64,000 nt of DNA from Alphaproteobacteria bacterium (GCA_033720855.1 JAWWBR010000001.1:2847-66846), one strand, 5' to 3'; shown: positions 12,699-26,191, counted from the stretch's first letter. Notes: generated by a model not told the origin, from the letters alone. Translations and numbers: made by a program.

Positions 12699-12781
12699 GG
12701 CGCAGATGCGCGGGGGGCCTTGCCAAAGCGCGCGCGGGTGCTAGGCTAAGGTCCTCCAAGTCCGATGCCGGAGGGCATGCG

Positions 12782-13906
<1,125 letters not shown>

Positions 13907-14046
13907 CCGCATCCCGGAGGCCGGGCCTGAGCCCCCCGCAGACCTAGTGGCGGGGTAGCGCCCGCCCCCGACATATGGTATTGAGACCGGCCGTGACACC
14001 CGTTGCGCCTGGGAGGGCCGCGGCGGGGGCAGAGAAGGGGTGGGCC

Positions 14047-14481
14047 GTGCCCGCAGAATCAATCGTCATCGCCTCGGATCATGGTGCGGTGGAGCTCAAG
14101 CAAGTCCTCACCGAGGAATTGGAAAAGCGCGGCTTTTCCGTTCTCGACCTGGGGACGGATGGCCCCGATTCCGTCGATTACCCGGACTTCGCCGATGCCC
14201 TCGCCTCGGCCATTCGCGAGGGGCGGGCGGAGCGGGGGGTGCTGCTCTGCGGTTCGGGCGTGGGCATGAGCATCGCCGCCAACCGCCATCGCGAGATACG
14301 CGCCGCCCTGGTCCACGATAATCTCTCTGCCCGCCTCGCCCGCCAGCACAATGACGCCAATGTCTTGGTGATGGGGGGGCGCTTCATCGGCCTGGAGGTG
14401 GCCAAGGATTGTCTTGCCGCCTTTCTCGATACCGAATTCGAGGGCGGGCGCCACGCCCGGCGCGTGGGCAAGATGTCATAG
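14047..14481 (+). CDS. rpiB: Ribose-5-phosphate isomerase B
   Basis: LacAB/RpiB motifs IASDHGAVELK and LLCGSGVGMSIAANR. GTG 14047 gives a typical 144-aa product; the longest ORF starts at ATG 13975. Confidence 0.85.
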   Translation: MPAESIVIASDHGAVELKQVLTEELEKRGFSVLDLGTDGPDSVDYPDFADALASAIREGRAERGVLLCGSGVGMSIAANRHREIRAALVHDNLSARLARQHNDANVLVMGGRFIGLEVAKDCLAAFLDTEFEGGRHARRVGKMS

Positions 14482-14529
14482 AGTCGGATTTGATCGGATG
14501 AAGAACACTGCGTTGAGGAATGGAAGATA

Positions 14530-15843
<1,314 letters not shown>

Positions 15844-15870
15844 CCGGAGGGGCGAGGAGGCCCAAAAAAG

Positions 15871-16329
15871 ATGCGTTGTCCTTTCTGCGGTCATGACGAT
15901 TCCCAAGTCAAGGATTCGCGTCCCACCGAAGACGGTGCGGCGATCCGACGCCGACGCTTTTGCGGGGCCTGCGGGTCGCGCTGGACCACCTTCGAACGGG
16001 TTCAGATCCGCGACCTCATGGTGTTGAAGAGCGACAGCAAGAAAGAGCTTTTCGATCGCGACAAGCTGGTCCGCTCGATCCGCATCGCCGTCCGCAAAAG
16101 GCCGGTGGACGAGGAGCAGGTCGAGCGCATCGTCAATTCCATCCAGCGCCGTCTCGAAACCATGGGGGAAAGCGAGATCCCGTCCTCCCATATCGGCGAG
16201 CTGGTGATGGAAGCCCTGGCCAGTATCGATCAGGTGGCCTATGTCCGCTTCGCCTCGGTCTACCGTAATTTCCGAGAGGCCAAGGACTTCGAGGAATTCG
16301 TGGGCCAACTCAGTGTCGACCACAACTGA
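15871..16329 (+). CDS. nrdR: Transcriptional repressor NrdR
   Basis: 152 aa. N-terminal zinc ribbon [29 protein letters not shown] and a C-terminal ATP-cone. Confidence 0.97.
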   Translation: MRCPFCGHDDSQVKDSRPTEDGAAIRRRRFCGACGSRWTTFERVQIRDLMVLKSDSKKELFDRDKLVRSIRIAVRKRPVDEEQVERIVNSIQRRLETMGESEIPSSHIGELVMEALASIDQVAYVRFASVYRNFREAKDFEEFVGQLSVDHN

Positions 16330-17443
16330 AGCCATCGATCTCCGCCATATGAAATCGGCCCTGGCGCTGGCGCGCCGCGGGTTGGGCCGGGTCGCGCCGA
16401 ACCCGGCGGTGGGGTGCATCGTGCTTGACAGCGACGGCCGCATCGCCGGCCGGGGCTGGACCCAGCCGGGGGGGCGGCCCCATGCGGAGACCGAGGCGCT
16501 TCGGCGCGCCGGTGACGCGGCCCGGGGCGGAACCGCCTATGTCGCGCTGGAACCCTGTGCCCACCATGGGGTGACGCCGCCCTGCGCGGATGCCCTGATC
16601 GTTGCGGGAATCGCCCGCGCCGTGATCGCCGTGGAGGATCCCGATCCGCGGGTATCGGGGGCCGGTATCGAGCGGCTGCAGAAGGCCGGGCTCGAGGTGC
16701 GCGTCGGGCTGGCCCGGGGCGATGCCGAACGGCTGAATGCGGGGTTCATCATGAGGGTGACGGAAGGGCGCCCGATGGTCACGCTGAAATGCGCCACCAC
16801 CCTCGATGGTCGCATCGCCACGCATAGCGGCGAAAGCCAGTGGATCACCGGCGACATCGCGCGGTCCTGGGGCCACGCCTTGCGGGCAAGCCACGATGCG
16901 GTGCTGACCGGGGCTTCGACGGTGCGGATGGACGACCCGGAACTGACCTGCCGCTTGCCCGGCATGGATGACCACGCGCCGCTCAGGGTGGTATTGGATT
17001 CGCGCCTGACGACGCCGCTGACCTCGGTGCTCGTGGCGACCGCGCGCGAGCGCCCGACCGCCTTCATCACCCGTGCCGGGGCCGATCACGACCGCAAGGC
17101 CGCGTTCGTCGATTGCGGTGTCGAGGTGATCGAGGTCAAGGGCGGCCCCGGGGACCGCCCCGATATTCATGCGGCCTTGGGCACACTGGCCGAGCGCGGC
17201 ATAACCCGGGTCCTGGCCGAAGGCGGCGGGCGCGTGGCGGCGTCGCTGTTGGCGGCCGGGTGCGTGGACCGCATCGCCTGGTTCCGCGCGCCCAGCGTCA
17301 TCGGCGGCGACGGCGTTCCGGCCATCGACGGCTTCGGCGTCGACGGGCTCGGCGCAGCCGCAGGCTTCGTGCTCCGTCGCTCCCTGGCCGCGGGCCGGGA
17401 CCGGTTGGAGATCTACGAGCGCCGCTCCACCGGCGGCGGGTGA
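16313..17443 (+). CDS. ribD: Bifunctional riboflavin biosynthesis protein RibD (deaminase/reductase)
   Basis: Frame of track ORF 16241..17443. GTG 16313 overlaps the nrdR end (alt ATG 16349). Deaminase zinc motif [18 protein letters not shown], then the reductase domain. Confidence 0.9.
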   Translation: MSTTTEAIDLRHMKSALALARRGLGRVAPNPAVGCIVLDSDGRIAGRGWTQPGGRPHAETEALRRAGDAARGGTAYVALEPCAHHGVTPPCADALIVAGIARAVIAVEDPDPRVSGAGIERLQKAGLEVRVGLARGDAERLNAGFIMRVTEGRPMVTLKCATTLDGRIATHSGESQWITGDIARSWGHALRASHDAVLTGASTVRMDDPELTCRLPGMDDHAPLRVVLDSRLTTPLTSVLVATARERPTAFITRAGADHDRKAAFVDCGVEVIEVKGGPGDRPDIHAALGTLAERGITRVLAEGGGRVAASLLAAGCVDRIAWFRAPSVIGGDGVPAIDGFGVDGLGAAAGFVLRRSLAAGRDRLEIYERRSTGGG

Positions 17444-17470
17444 CAGAGAGGACCGGCGAGGCGTTTCGTC

Positions 17471-18076
17471 ATGTTCACGGGCATCATCACCGATGTGGGC
17501 ACGGTTCGAACCATCGAGCCCGGGACCGATACCCGCGTGGAAATCGAAACCGGGTTCGATGTCGGCGGTATCGATGTCGGCGCATCGATCGCCTGTTCGG
17601 GCCCTTGCCTGACCGTCGTCGTCAAGGGACGAGATGATGGGCGCAACTGGTTCGGCGTCGACGTCTCGATGGAAACCATGGCCCGGACGACGCTCGGCGA
17701 CTGGGCGCCGGGCCGCCGGGTCAACCTGGAGCGCGCCTTGAGGCTGGGCGACGAGTTGGGCGGGCATATGGTCAGCGGCCATATCGATGGCATCGCCAGG
17801 GTGCGCGGGCGAAGCCTGGTCGGCGATCACGCGGGCAGCGTCCGCTTCGACATCGAAACGCCGCCCGGCCTGTCGCGTTTCGTCGTCGAGAAGGGGTCGG
17901 TGGCGCTCGACGGCGTGTCGCTGACGGTCAACGAGGTGGAGGAGGACCTGTTTTCGGTCAACGTCATCCCCCATACCCTGGAGAACACCACCCTCGGGGA
18001 GGCCGCGGAAGGGGACAGGCTCAATTTCGAGGTCGACCTCGTTGCCCGGTACCTGAACCGCCTTGCCTTGCCTTGA
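17471..18076 (+). CDS. ribE: Riboflavin synthase (alpha chain)
   Basis: 201 aa. MFTGIITDVG start and internal lumazine-binding repeat (GHMVSGHIDG). Confidence 0.95.
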   Translation: MFTGIITDVGTVRTIEPGTDTRVEIETGFDVGGIDVGASIACSGPCLTVVVKGRDDGRNWFGVDVSMETMARTTLGDWAPGRRVNLERALRLGDELGGHMVSGHIDGIARVRGRSLVGDHAGSVRFDIETPPGLSRFVVEKGSVALDGVSLTVNEVEEDLFSVNVIPHTLENTTLGEAAEGDRLNFEVDLVARYLNRLALP

Positions 18077-18168
18077 ATCACCTGTATGTTTTGTTCCAGC
18101 CGGCGGTTGGGCGCCGGGAAGGGGACGGCGGGCCGGGCGCCGGCGGCCGAGGATGAGAGCGACAGCGA

Positions 18169-18618
18169 ATGAGTGAGCAGCCCCATATCATGATCGTCGA
18201 GGCGCGGTTCTACGAGGACATCGCCGATGAGCTGGTGAAAGGTGCCGTCGCCGCCTTGGAGGATGCCGGCGCCAGCTACGAGCGCTTCGCGGTTCCCGGC
18301 GCGTTCGAGATTCCGGGGGCGATTCGCCTGGCCATGGATGCCGCCCGCGACGGCGGCCCGCGTTTCGACGGCTATGTCGCGTTGGGCTGCGTGATCCGCG
18401 GCGAGACCACCCATTACGATTACGTCTGCGGCGAATCGGCGCGCGGCCTGCAAGACCTCGCGCTGCGGCACAAGCTGGCCATCGGCTACGGCATCCTGAC
18501 GGTGGAAAACCGGGATCAGGCCATGGCGCGCGGCGCCGTGGACCAGGGCAATAAGGGCCGTGCGGCGGTCGAGGCCTGTCTCGCCATGGTCGGCCTGGCC
18601 CGCGAGTTCAGCGGTTGA
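18169..18618 (+). CDS. ribH: 6,7-dimethyl-8-ribityllumazine synthase
   Basis: 149 aa. FAVPGAFEIP and VALGCVIRGETTHYDYV motifs. Confidence 0.95.
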   Translation: MSEQPHIMIVEARFYEDIADELVKGAVAALEDAGASYERFAVPGAFEIPGAIRLAMDAARDGGPRFDGYVALGCVIRGETTHYDYVCGESARGLQDLALRHKLAIGYGILTVENRDQAMARGAVDQGNKGRAAVEACLAMVGLAREFSG

Positions 18619-18619
18619 C

Positions 18620-19144
18620 ATGATGACGCCCGGCGCCGGTGCGCGCTCCGCCGAGGAGCCCCAAACCGCCAAGGGCGCGGGCCCGCGCACGGCGGCGCGC
18701 CTTGCCGCGGTGCAGGCGCTGTATCAGATCGAGTTGACGGGCGCGCCGGTGGATCAGGTGATCGAGGAGTTCCTCTCCGGCGCGCGCCCCGAGCCGGATC
18801 AGGAGGACGATGTCGTCACCGGCCTGCCGGCCCCGGATCCGATCTTGTTCTCCGCCGTCGTTACCGGCGTGACGACGAACCGCGAGCGGCTCGACCAGCG
18901 CATCGCGGCCGCGCTTTCCGCGGGCTGGACGGTGCCGCGGCTCGAAATCCTGGTGCGCCTCATTCTCGAGGCCGGTGCGTTTGAATTGATCCACCTCGAC
19001 GATATTCCCGCCAAAGTCAGCATCAACGAGTACGTGGATGTCGCCAAGGCGTTCTTCGACGGTGCCGAGCCCGGGCTGATCAATGGCGTGCTCGACGCGG
19101 TGGCGGCCGAGGGCCGCCGCGCCGCCGAGGGCGACGGAGTTTGA
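18620..19144 (+). CDS. nusB: Transcription antitermination factor NusB
   Basis: ATG 18620 in frame with track ORF 18560..19144. RTAARLAAVQALYQIELTG is typical of NusB. Follows ribH as in many bacteria. Confidence 0.9.
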   Translation: MMTPGAGARSAEEPQTAKGAGPRTAARLAAVQALYQIELTGAPVDQVIEEFLSGARPEPDQEDDVVTGLPAPDPILFSAVVTGVTTNRERLDQRIAAALSAGWTVPRLEILVRLILEAGAFELIHLDDIPAKVSINEYVDVAKAFFDGAEPGLINGVLDAVAAEGRRAAEGDGV

Positions 19145-20151
19145 CCGCGGAGGCAGCGGTGTCGGCAAAGGGCATCGGCGATGAATTCGATCTGATCGCC
19201 AAGTACTTCGCCCCCCTCGCGGCCGGGGCGCCGGGGGCGCTGGGCCTGACCGACGACGCCGCGATCGTCGATCTGCCCCCCGGCGCGCGCCTGGTGGCCG
19301 CGGCAGATGCGGCGGTCGCGGGCATTCATTTCCTCGCCGACGATCCCGCCGACGACATCGCCCGCAAGATCATCCGCGTCAACCTCTCCGACCTGGCGGC
19401 AATGGGCGCCCGGCCCGTGGGCGTGCTGTTGACCGCGATCTTCCCGCGCGACGTCACGGCCTCGTGGCTGGATCGGTTCGCGGCGGGACTGAAGTCCGAC
19501 CTCGATGCATTCGAGGTGCCGCTGATCGGCGGCGACACGGTTGCCGGCGACGGGCCGTTGACCCTCTCGCTCACCGCCCTCGGTACGGTGCCCGCGGATC
19601 GGGTTTTGACCCGGGCGGGAGCCGTGGCCGGCGATGCGATCTACGTGAGCGGCACCATCGGCGACGGCGGGCTCGGCCTGGCGGTCAGCCGGGGAGAGCT
19701 CGAGGGATTGGAAGCGGAACATCGCGATTTCCTGCTCGATCGCTACCGACGGCCGCAGCCGAGGCTCGCCTTCGGCCTCCGCCTTCTTGGGCTTGCCCAT
19801 GCCGCCATCGATATCTCCGACGGCCTGATTGCCGATCTCGGCCATGTCTGCGCCTGTTCGGGCGTGGGCGCCCGACTGGACCCGCAGGCGGTGCCGCTAT
19901 CGGACGCGGCGCGGGCGGCGCTCGGCCTCGACCCCGTTCGCTTGGGCGCGGTGCTGACCGGGGGGGACGATTACGAGCTTCTGTTCACCGCGGCGCCGGA
20001 AAACGAGGACGCCGTGCAGCGGGCGGCGGCGGAAGCCGCGGTCGGCGTGAGCAGGATCGGTAGGATCGTCGCCGGCGACGGCGTCGAGGCGGAGGACGCC
20101 GAGGGGCTCGATTTGGGTCCCGGAACCGGCGGATACCGTCATTTCGGGTGA
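19141..20151 (+). CDS. thiL: Thiamine-monophosphate kinase
   Basis: 336 aa; TTG 19141 overlaps the nusB stop (alt GTG 19159). AIR-synthase-like fold motifs EFDLIAKYFAPL, DAAIV, GGDTV. Confidence 0.9.
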   Translation: MTAEAAVSAKGIGDEFDLIAKYFAPLAAGAPGALGLTDDAAIVDLPPGARLVAAADAAVAGIHFLADDPADDIARKIIRVNLSDLAAMGARPVGVLLTAIFPRDVTASWLDRFAAGLKSDLDAFEVPLIGGDTVAGDGPLTLSLTALGTVPADRVLTRAGAVAGDAIYVSGTIGDGGLGLAVSRGELEGLEAEHRDFLLDRYRRPQPRLAFGLRLLGLAHAAIDISDGLIADLGHVCACSGVGARLDPQAVPLSDAARAALGLDPVRLGAVLTGGDDYELLFTAAPENEDAVQRAAAEAAVGVSRIGRIVAGDGVEAEDAEGLDLGPGTGGYRHFG

Positions 20152-20252
20152 GGTCCCTATTTATGCATGGCACCCATACGCCCAATGCAATTGTGGGATC
20201 GGGCGCCGGTCCATAGCATTTTCAAAGTGTATGCGTTGGGGAGGAAACAAAC

Positions 20253-20810
20253 ATGATTGCCATGCAGTACACGATTAGGCTCGCCGGTGACGTGCGCTCG
20301 GAGCAGATCCACGAAAGAGTTGCGAATCGGCGATGCCTGTTCGACGACCTGCAGGGCTTGCGCCACAAATCATTTCTTTACAACGAGAAAGAGGGGATTT
20401 ACGCCCCGTTTTACGTTTGGGATTGCGATGCCCCGGCGCGGGAATTCCTCACCGGCGACCTGTTCCAGGGTCTTGTGGAGAACTTCGGGCGCCCCCGGGT
20501 CCGCTGTTGGAGCGTTCTTGCCTTCGCCGAGGGGGGGAGCCCCGACAGCGCCGTCGCGGCGATCAAGGAAATCGACAGTATCCCGGCGGAAACCCGCTTG
20601 GCGGATCTCGCCAAAAGCGAACAGAGCCGGCATGAGGCGATACGACAAGCCCCGGGCATCGGCTGTCATCTCGTCGGCATCGATCCCGACCGTTGGGAAA
20701 TCATGCGCTACAGCACCTGGGCCTCGGAGGAGGAGATCCCGGCGAGCGAGGCGGACATGATCGAGCACTACCAGGTCCTGCATCTCTCGAGGCCGCTGGC
20801 GCACGCCTGA
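20253..20810 (+). CDS. DUF4865-like protein of unknown function
   Basis: 185 aa. The N-terminus MIAMQYTIRL matches, from memory, the characteristic start of the DUF4865 family. G/C-biased codons. Confidence 0.65.
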   Translation: MIAMQYTIRLAGDVRSEQIHERVANRRCLFDDLQGLRHKSFLYNEKEGIYAPFYVWDCDAPAREFLTGDLFQGLVENFGRPRVRCWSVLAFAEGGSPDSAVAAIKEIDSIPAETRLADLAKSEQSRHEAIRQAPGIGCHLVGIDPDRWEIMRYSTWASEEEIPASEADMIEHYQVLHLSRPLAHA

Positions 20811-20905
20811 CCGCACACCCATCGATGCGCGCCCGCGCTCGGTTTTACCTATTGTTTACAAAGCACTGCCAATGTTGGGCCGGTCCAAAACCCAAGGATG
20901 CGGTG

Positions 20906-21349
20906 ATGAAGATATTGGCGCCGATTGCGATGGCCGTTCTCGCCCTGTGGCTTGGCGCGGGAGGTGCGCTCGCCGCGCCCGGGGAGAAGCAGGGCCCGGG
21001 CGGCGCCCTCGACCGCTTCCTCGGCAATCAGCCGCAGTTCTTCAAGCTCCTGCCGTTCAATATCCCGGTCATCCGCGACGGCAGGGTGGTCAACCAGATC
21101 AGCTTTATCATCAGCATCGAGACCTTCGGCCAGGCCGACAAGGAAAAGGTGATGGCGGCGCGTCATCAGCTGCAGAACGTCTTCCTCCGCGATCTTTACG
21201 GGATCGTCGCGGTCCGCCGCGACGACGGCCGCTCGGTCCCCATCGAAAGCGTCAAGGTCAGGCTCCTCAGGCTGGCCCGAGAGCTCGTTCCCGGCGACGT
21301 CGTCAAGGACGTGCTGGTCGAAAGCGCCGTCAATATCCGCCTCAATTAG
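20906..21349 (+). CDS. Exported/membrane-anchored hypothetical protein, FliL-like by eye
   Basis: ATG 20906 in frame with track ORF 20693..21349. Signal or anchor MKILAPIAMAVLALWLGAGGALAA. The layout FFKLLPFNIPVI..ISFIISIE..LRDLY..VKDVLVESAV resembles FliL-family proteins (tentative). Confidence 0.55.
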   Translation: MKILAPIAMAVLALWLGAGGALAAPGEKQGPGGALDRFLGNQPQFFKLLPFNIPVIRDGRVVNQISFIISIETFGQADKEKVMAARHQLQNVFLRDLYGIVAVRRDDGRSVPIESVKVRLLRLARELVPGDVVKDVLVESAVNIRLN

Positions 21350-21392
21350 CCTGCCCCGTGCCTGCCGCGCACCGCGGCGGTCGGCACTTGGG

Positions 21393-22619
21393 ATGTTTTC
21401 TCGTTGCCTGGCCGTAGCGATCGCGTATTGTGCCGCCATGCGTGCCGGTACCGTTCGTAACGTTGCTCTCCTTGCCGCTTGTCAAGCCCTGTTCATGACC
21501 GGAACCTCGATGGTTTTGACCGTCACGGCTCTGGCCGGCGAGGTGCTCGCGCCGGGCAGCGGCCTGGCGACGCTCCCGATTTCCCTGCAGTTCGTGGTCA
21601 CCATGCTGACCACGCTTCCCGCCTCGTTCGTGATGCGGCGCTTTGGCCGCCGCCTGGGCTTCCAGATCGGGGCGGTGATCGGCCTGGTCGGCGGGCTGCT
21701 CAACGTCGTCGCCCTGAGCCACGGCGATTTCCCGCTGTTCTGCCTGGGCTCGGCGTTGATCGGCGCGCTCAACGGTTTCGCCATCTACTATCGTTTCGCC
21801 GCGGCCGACAGTGCCGACGAGGAGCACCGCTCGCGCGCCATCTCCCTGGTTCTGGCGGGTGGCGTCGTCGCCGCCTTTACCGGGCCGAACCTGGCACGCC
21901 TCACCGTGGATGCGCTGTCCGCGGCCACATTCGCCGGCAGCTTCCTTGCCCTCGCCGTGATCCAGGTCGTCACCGTTTTTCTGTTGATCTTCGTCAACAT
22001 ACCGCGGCTCAGCGCGGAGGAACGCCGGGACCAGGGCCGGCCGTTCGGTGAGATCGTCCGTATTCCGCAGGTGCCGGTGGCGATCATCGCCGCCGTCATC
22101 GGCTACAGCTCCATGACCCTGGTCATGACCTCGACCCCCTTGGCCATGCACGGCAGCGGCCATCATTTCGGCAGCACCGCCTTCGTCATCCAGTGGCATG
22201 TGTTCGCGATGTTTGCGCCGGCTTTCGTGACCGGACACTTGATCAAACGGGTAGGGGTCTTGCCGGTCATCGTCGCCGGCGCCGCGATGAATTTCGTGGG
22301 TGTCGCGGTCAATATGACGGGCGAGGGCCTGTGGCAATTCACGGTCGCATTGATGGCCCTCGGCGTGGGGTGGAATTTCATGTTCGTCGGCGGCACCAGC
22401 CTGCTCACCAGCGTCATCACCCGAGCGGAACAGGCCAAGGTGCAGGGTATCAACGATTTTCTCGTGTTCGGCTCGGTCGCCGTGGGGGCGCTGTCCGGTG
22501 GCGCCCTGTATCAGGCTCTGGGCTGGCAGGCTTTGAACCTGGCGGTGGTACCGGGCCTTGTCGTGGCGCTGCTTGCCGCGCTGTGGCTGTGGTTGCAGCG
22601 CTCCGTACAGCCGACCTGA
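21393..22619 (+). CDS. MFS transporter
   Basis: 408 aa with about 12 hydrophobic segments. MFS loop motif (RRFGRRLG). Alternative start at ATG 21438. Confidence 0.85.
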   Translation: MFSRCLAVAIAYCAAMRAGTVRNVALLAACQALFMTGTSMVLTVTALAGEVLAPGSGLATLPISLQFVVTMLTTLPASFVMRRFGRRLGFQIGAVIGLVGGLLNVVALSHGDFPLFCLGSALIGALNGFAIYYRFAAADSADEEHRSRAISLVLAGGVVAAFTGPNLARLTVDALSAATFAGSFLALAVIQVVTVFLLIFVNIPRLSAEERRDQGRPFGEIVRIPQVPVAIIAAVIGYSSMTLVMTSTPLAMHGSGHHFGSTAFVIQWHVFAMFAPAFVTGHLIKRVGVLPVIVAGAAMNFVGVAVNMTGEGLWQFTVALMALGVGWNFMFVGGTSLLTSVITRAEQAKVQGINDFLVFGSVAVGALSGGALYQALGWQALNLAVVPGLVVALLAALWLWLQRSVQPT

Positions 22620-22785
22620 GGCGGCCCGGCATCGGGTGGTTGCGTCCCACCGGGAGTTCTGGCATGTTCCCGCCACTTTTTGGGGGTGGTCCGGTTTTTC
22701 GTCCGACGCAAGGGGCCGAGGGTGAGTTGCTTGTTGCGCGCCATCCGGCTCGACCATCCCGCACGGTAATAAGGGGAAAATCCTG

Positions 22786-24861
22786 ATGACAAGCGCTTTT
22801 TGGCTGATATTCGCCTGCGGCCTTCTCGCCATTGGTTATGGAATCTACGCATCCCGCGCGGTCCTGAGCGCGGACGCCGGCAGCGAGCGGATGCGCGAAA
22901 TCGCCGCCGCGGTTCAGGAAGGGGCAGGCGCCTACCTCAATCGGCAATACCAGACCATTGCCATGGTCGGGATCGTCATTGGCGCGCTGCTGTGGTGGCG
23001 GCTGGGCCTGCATGTGGCGGTCGGCTATGCCATCGGCGCGATCCTGTCGGGGGCCGCGGGATATATCGGCATGAACATTTCGGTGCGCTCCAACGTGCGC
23101 ACCGCCGAGGCCGCCCGCAGCGGCCTCGCCCCGGCCCTGGCCATCGCCTTCAAGGCGGGGGCGGTCACCGGGATGCTGGTGGTCGGCCTGGGACTGCTCG
23201 GCGTCGGCGTCTATTTCTGGGTCTTGCAGCGTTACGGTTTCGACACCCGCGCGGTGCTTGAAGCGCTGGTCGCGCTCAGCTTCGGGGCATCCCTGATTTC
23301 CATCTTCGCGCGGCTCGGCGGCGGCATCTTCACCAAGGGCGCCGATGTCGGGGCCGACCTGGTGGGTAAGATCGAGGCCGGCATTCCCGAGGACGATCCG
23401 CGCAATCCCGCCGTCATCGCCGACAATGTGGGGGACAACGTGGGCGATTGCGCCGGCATGGCGGCCGACCTGTTCGAGACCTATGCGGTGACCGTGGTCG
23501 CAACCATGCTCCTGGCGGCGATCTTCTTCAACGGGGCCGTCGAGCAGTCAATGATGGTGCTGCCGCTTCTGATCGGCGCCGTGTGTATCATCGGCTCGAT
23601 CGCGGGAACCTTCTTCGTCCGCTTGGGGCCGTCGGAAAACATCATGGGGGCGCTCTACAAAGGCTTCATCGCCGCGGCCCTTCTTTCCGCCGTCGGGATC
23701 GCCCTGGTGATCTGGAAATGGACCGGTTTCGACGCGACCTTCACGGTCGGCGGGAAGAGCTTCACCGGTTTCAGCCTGTTGCTGTCGTCCCTGGTCGGGC
23801 TTGGCGTCACCGCGCTCCTGGTGTGGATCACCGAGTACTATACCGGGACCGAGCATCGTCCGGTGCGCAGCGTCGCCCAGGCATCGACCACCGGCCATGC
23901 CACCAACATCATCCAGGGGCTCGCGGTTTCCATGGAGGCCTGCGCCCTGCCCGCCATCGTGATCTGCGGTGGCATCGTGCTCAGCTACCTGGCGGCGGGC
24001 CTGTTCGGGATCGCCATTGCGGTCACCTCGATGCTGGCCCTGGCCGGCATGGTCGTGGCACTCGACGCTTACGGGCCGGTCACGGACAATGCCGGGGGCA
24101 TCGCCGAGATGGCGGAGCTGCCGGAGGACGTGCGCAAGACCACCGATGCCCTGGATGCCGTCGGCAACACCACCAAGGCGGTGACCAAGGGCTATGCCAT
24201 CGGCTCGGCGGGCCTGGCCGCCCTGGTTCTGTTTGCCGCTTATGTCGAGGACCTGAGCCACTACTTTCCCGATCTCAAGGTGACCTTCCTGTTGCAGGAT
24301 CCCTATGTCGTCATCGGCCTGATCTTCGGCGGCATGCTGCCGTTCCTGTTCGGATCGCTCGGCATGATGGCGGTCGGCCGCGCGGCGGGTTCGGTGGTGC
24401 TGGAGGTGCGCCGTCAGTTCCGCGAGATCGACGGCATCATGGAAGGCACGAGCAAGCCGGAATACGGGCGCGCCGTCGATCTTCTGACCCGCGCCGCGAT
24501 CAAGGAGATGATCGTGCCGTCTTTGTTGCCGGTGTTGGCGCCGGTGGTGCTGTACGCCGTGATCCTGCCGATCGGCGGCCAGTCGGCGGCGTTTACGTCG
24601 GTCGGCGCGATGTTGCTGGGCTCCATCGTCACCGGGTTGTTCGTGGCGATCTCGATGACCTCCGGGGGCGGGGCCTGGGACAACGCCAAGAAGTTCATCG
24701 AGGACGGCCAGCACGGCGGTAAGGGCTCCGATGCGCACATGGCCGCGGTCACCGGAGATACCGTCGGCGATCCCTACAAGGATACGGCGGGGCCGGCGGT
24801 CAACCCGATGATCAAGATCATCAACATCGTCGCCCTGCTGCTGTTGGCGCTGGTCGCCTGA
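22786..24861 (+). CDS. hppA: Membrane-bound proton-translocating pyrophosphatase (K+-independent type)
   Basis: 691 aa H+-PPase. Motifs [19 protein letters not shown] and [21 protein letters not shown] carries Lys/Thr at the positions associated with K+-independence. Confidence 0.95.
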   Translation: MTSAFWLIFACGLLAIGYGIYASRAVLSADAGSERMREIAAAVQEGAGAYLNRQYQTIAMVGIVIGALLWWRLGLHVAVGYAIGAILSGAAGYIGMNISVRSNVRTAEAARSGLAPALAIAFKAGAVTGMLVVGLGLLGVGVYFWVLQRYGFDTRAVLEALVALSFGASLISIFARLGGGIFTKGADVGADLVGKIEAGIPEDDPRNPAVIADNVGDNVGDCAGMAADLFETYAVTVVATMLLAAIFFNGAVEQSMMVLPLLIGAVCIIGSIAGTFFVRLGPSENIMGALYKGFIAAALLSAVGIALVIWKWTGFDATFTVGGKSFTGFSLLLSSLVGLGVTALLVWITEYYTGTEHRPVRSVAQASTTGHATNIIQGLAVSMEACALPAIVICGGIVLSYLAAGLFGIAIAVTSMLALAGMVVALDAYGPVTDNAGGIAEMAELPEDVRKTTDALDAVGNTTKAVTKGYAIGSAGLAALVLFAAYVEDLSHYFPDLKVTFLLQDPYVVIGLIFGGMLPFLFGSLGMMAVGRAAGSVVLEVRRQFREIDGIMEGTSKPEYGRAVDLLTRAAIKEMIVPSLLPVLAPVVLYAVILPIGGQSAAFTSVGAMLLGSIVTGLFVAISMTSGGGAWDNAKKFIEDGQHGGKGSDAHMAAVTGDTVGDPYKDTAGPAVNPMIKIINIVALLLLALVA

Positions 24862-24883
24862 CGATAGCGCCGGCCGACGACGG

Positions 24884-24913
24884 AAAAGCCCCGGTCACGG
24901 CCGGGGCTTTTCT
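24884..24913. terminator. Bidirectional rho-independent terminator between hppA and bamE
   Basis: AAAAGCCCCGG-tcacgg-CCGGGGCTTTT. The GC stem is flanked by an A-tract and a T-tract, between convergent stops at 24861 and 24947. Confidence 0.85.
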
Positions 24914-24946
24914 CGTTGCACACGGGGTTCACGCCGGGGTGCCGCG

Positions 24947-25450
24947 TTAGAGGCCGCTATCCTCGGCGCCGGCGCCTTCGAAGCGGCCCAGGTTGCCGAT
25001 CAGCTGCTCGATGATCGAGAACTCCCGACCCGGGGTCGGCGTCTTTCGGTCGACCGGGTCGATCTCGCGGCCATCGGCGAGCGTATATGTCTTGATCTCG
25101 GCGACCTGTCCCGAGCCGTTGAAGGAGATCGCGATCACTTGCCGGGAAAGCGCCTTCGCCTTGGAAAATGCAACGGTTTGCTCTTTCTGGGAGACGTAAT
25201 ACCAGGTCTCGTTGGAAAAGGTCGCCACGTTGGTGGGCGAACCCAAAAGCTCGCGCACCTTGCCGCGATCATGCACCCCGTTTTGAAGCTGCGCGAGATT
25301 GTCCTTGTCGACGGCGTTGCCCCTGACGGTGACGTCCGCGGCGCAGCCCGGCAGCCACGCCAATCCGGCGCAGAACGCGACTATCAGAAGCGGCCGGCCC
25401 GGGCGGCGCTGCGGTGAAGCCAAACTCTCGGCGGCGGTCGGCAATTTCAC
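24947..25450 (-). CDS. bamE: Outer membrane protein assembly factor BamE (SmpA/OmlA lipoprotein)
   Basis: 167 aa. Lipobox LAWLPGC. SmpA/OmlA core LQNGVHDRGKVRELLGSPT..TWYYVS. Confidence 0.85.
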   Translation of the reverse strand: MKLPTAAESLASPQRRPGRPLLIVAFCAGLAWLPGCAADVTVRGNAVDKDNLAQLQNGVHDRGKVRELLGSPTNVATFSNETWYYVSQKEQTVAFSKAKALSRQVIAISFNGSGQVAEIKTYTLADGREIDPVDRKTPTPGREFSIIEQLIGNLGRFEGAGAEDSGL

Positions 25451-25606
25451 CTCTTTCCTTGCTCATAGTGCCGTGGCGGCCCGTGGTCGGGGTCCCCCGC
25501 CCGACCGAGGCCGGGGCAACAGGCTTGACGCCGCCCCCCCGGACCACCATGTTGCCATCAACAATTGCACCGGCGAAATCCGGCTGTCAACAGTTTGGCG
25601 CGAGGC

Positions 25607-26191
25607 ATGCTGTTCCGTTCGATGTATCGCAGGCGCGGCCTGCAAAGGCCCGCGGAGGCCGTCTATGGGGCCCTGGTGGCGCAGGCGCGCCGGCCCTGGT
25701 TCTACCGCGAACTCGGTGTCCCCGATACCGTCGAGGGGCGGTTCGAGATGATCTCTCTTCACGCCTTCCTCGTTCTCAACCGCCTGAAGGCGGCCCGTCG
25801 GGCGGGCGTGGGCCGGGCCGAGGACCTGGGCCAGGCGGTGTTCGATTTGATGTTCGCCGATATGGACCGCAATCTGCGCGAGATGGGAACCGGCGATCTC
25901 GGCGTGGCCAAGCGGGTCAAGGGCCTGATTAAAGGGTTTTACGGGCGGGCGAAGGCGTACGAAGACGGCCTGGCCGCGGGCCGCCAGCCGTTGGTCGCGG
26001 CGATCGAGCGCAACGTGTACGGCGGCACGGCGCCGAACGGGTCCGCCGGCCGGCTGGCCGCCTATCTCGAGGACTCCGTGACCCGCCTCGAGGGCCAGGC
26101 GGTAGAGGCGCTGGAGGCGGGCGAACTGAGGTTCGGCGCTCTCGGCGGGGCATGCGCGCCGCGGGACCCGTCCGCCGCCGCCGTGACGTGA
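25607..26191 (+). CDS. Ubiquinol-cytochrome c chaperone (Cbp3-like) family protein
   Basis: ATG 25607 in frame with track ORF 25565..26191. RFEMISLHAFLVLNRL and DMDRNLREMG are typical of the family. Conserved position upstream of yceD in alphaproteobacteria (from memory). Confidence 0.75.
   Translation: MLFRSMYRRRGLQRPAEAVYGALVAQARRPWFYRELGVPDTVEGRFEMISLHAFLVLNRLKAARRAGVGRAEDLGQAVFDLMFADMDRNLREMGTGDLGVAKRVKGLIKGFYGRAKAYEDGLAAGRQPLVAAIERNVYGGTAPNGSAGRLAAYLEDSVTRLEGQAVEALEAGELRFGALGGACAPRDPSAAAVT

Noticed and set aside
18077-18168. Possible FMN riboswitch upstream of ribH.
   Set aside because: The spacer is only 92 nt and lacks the conserved RFN sequence blocks.
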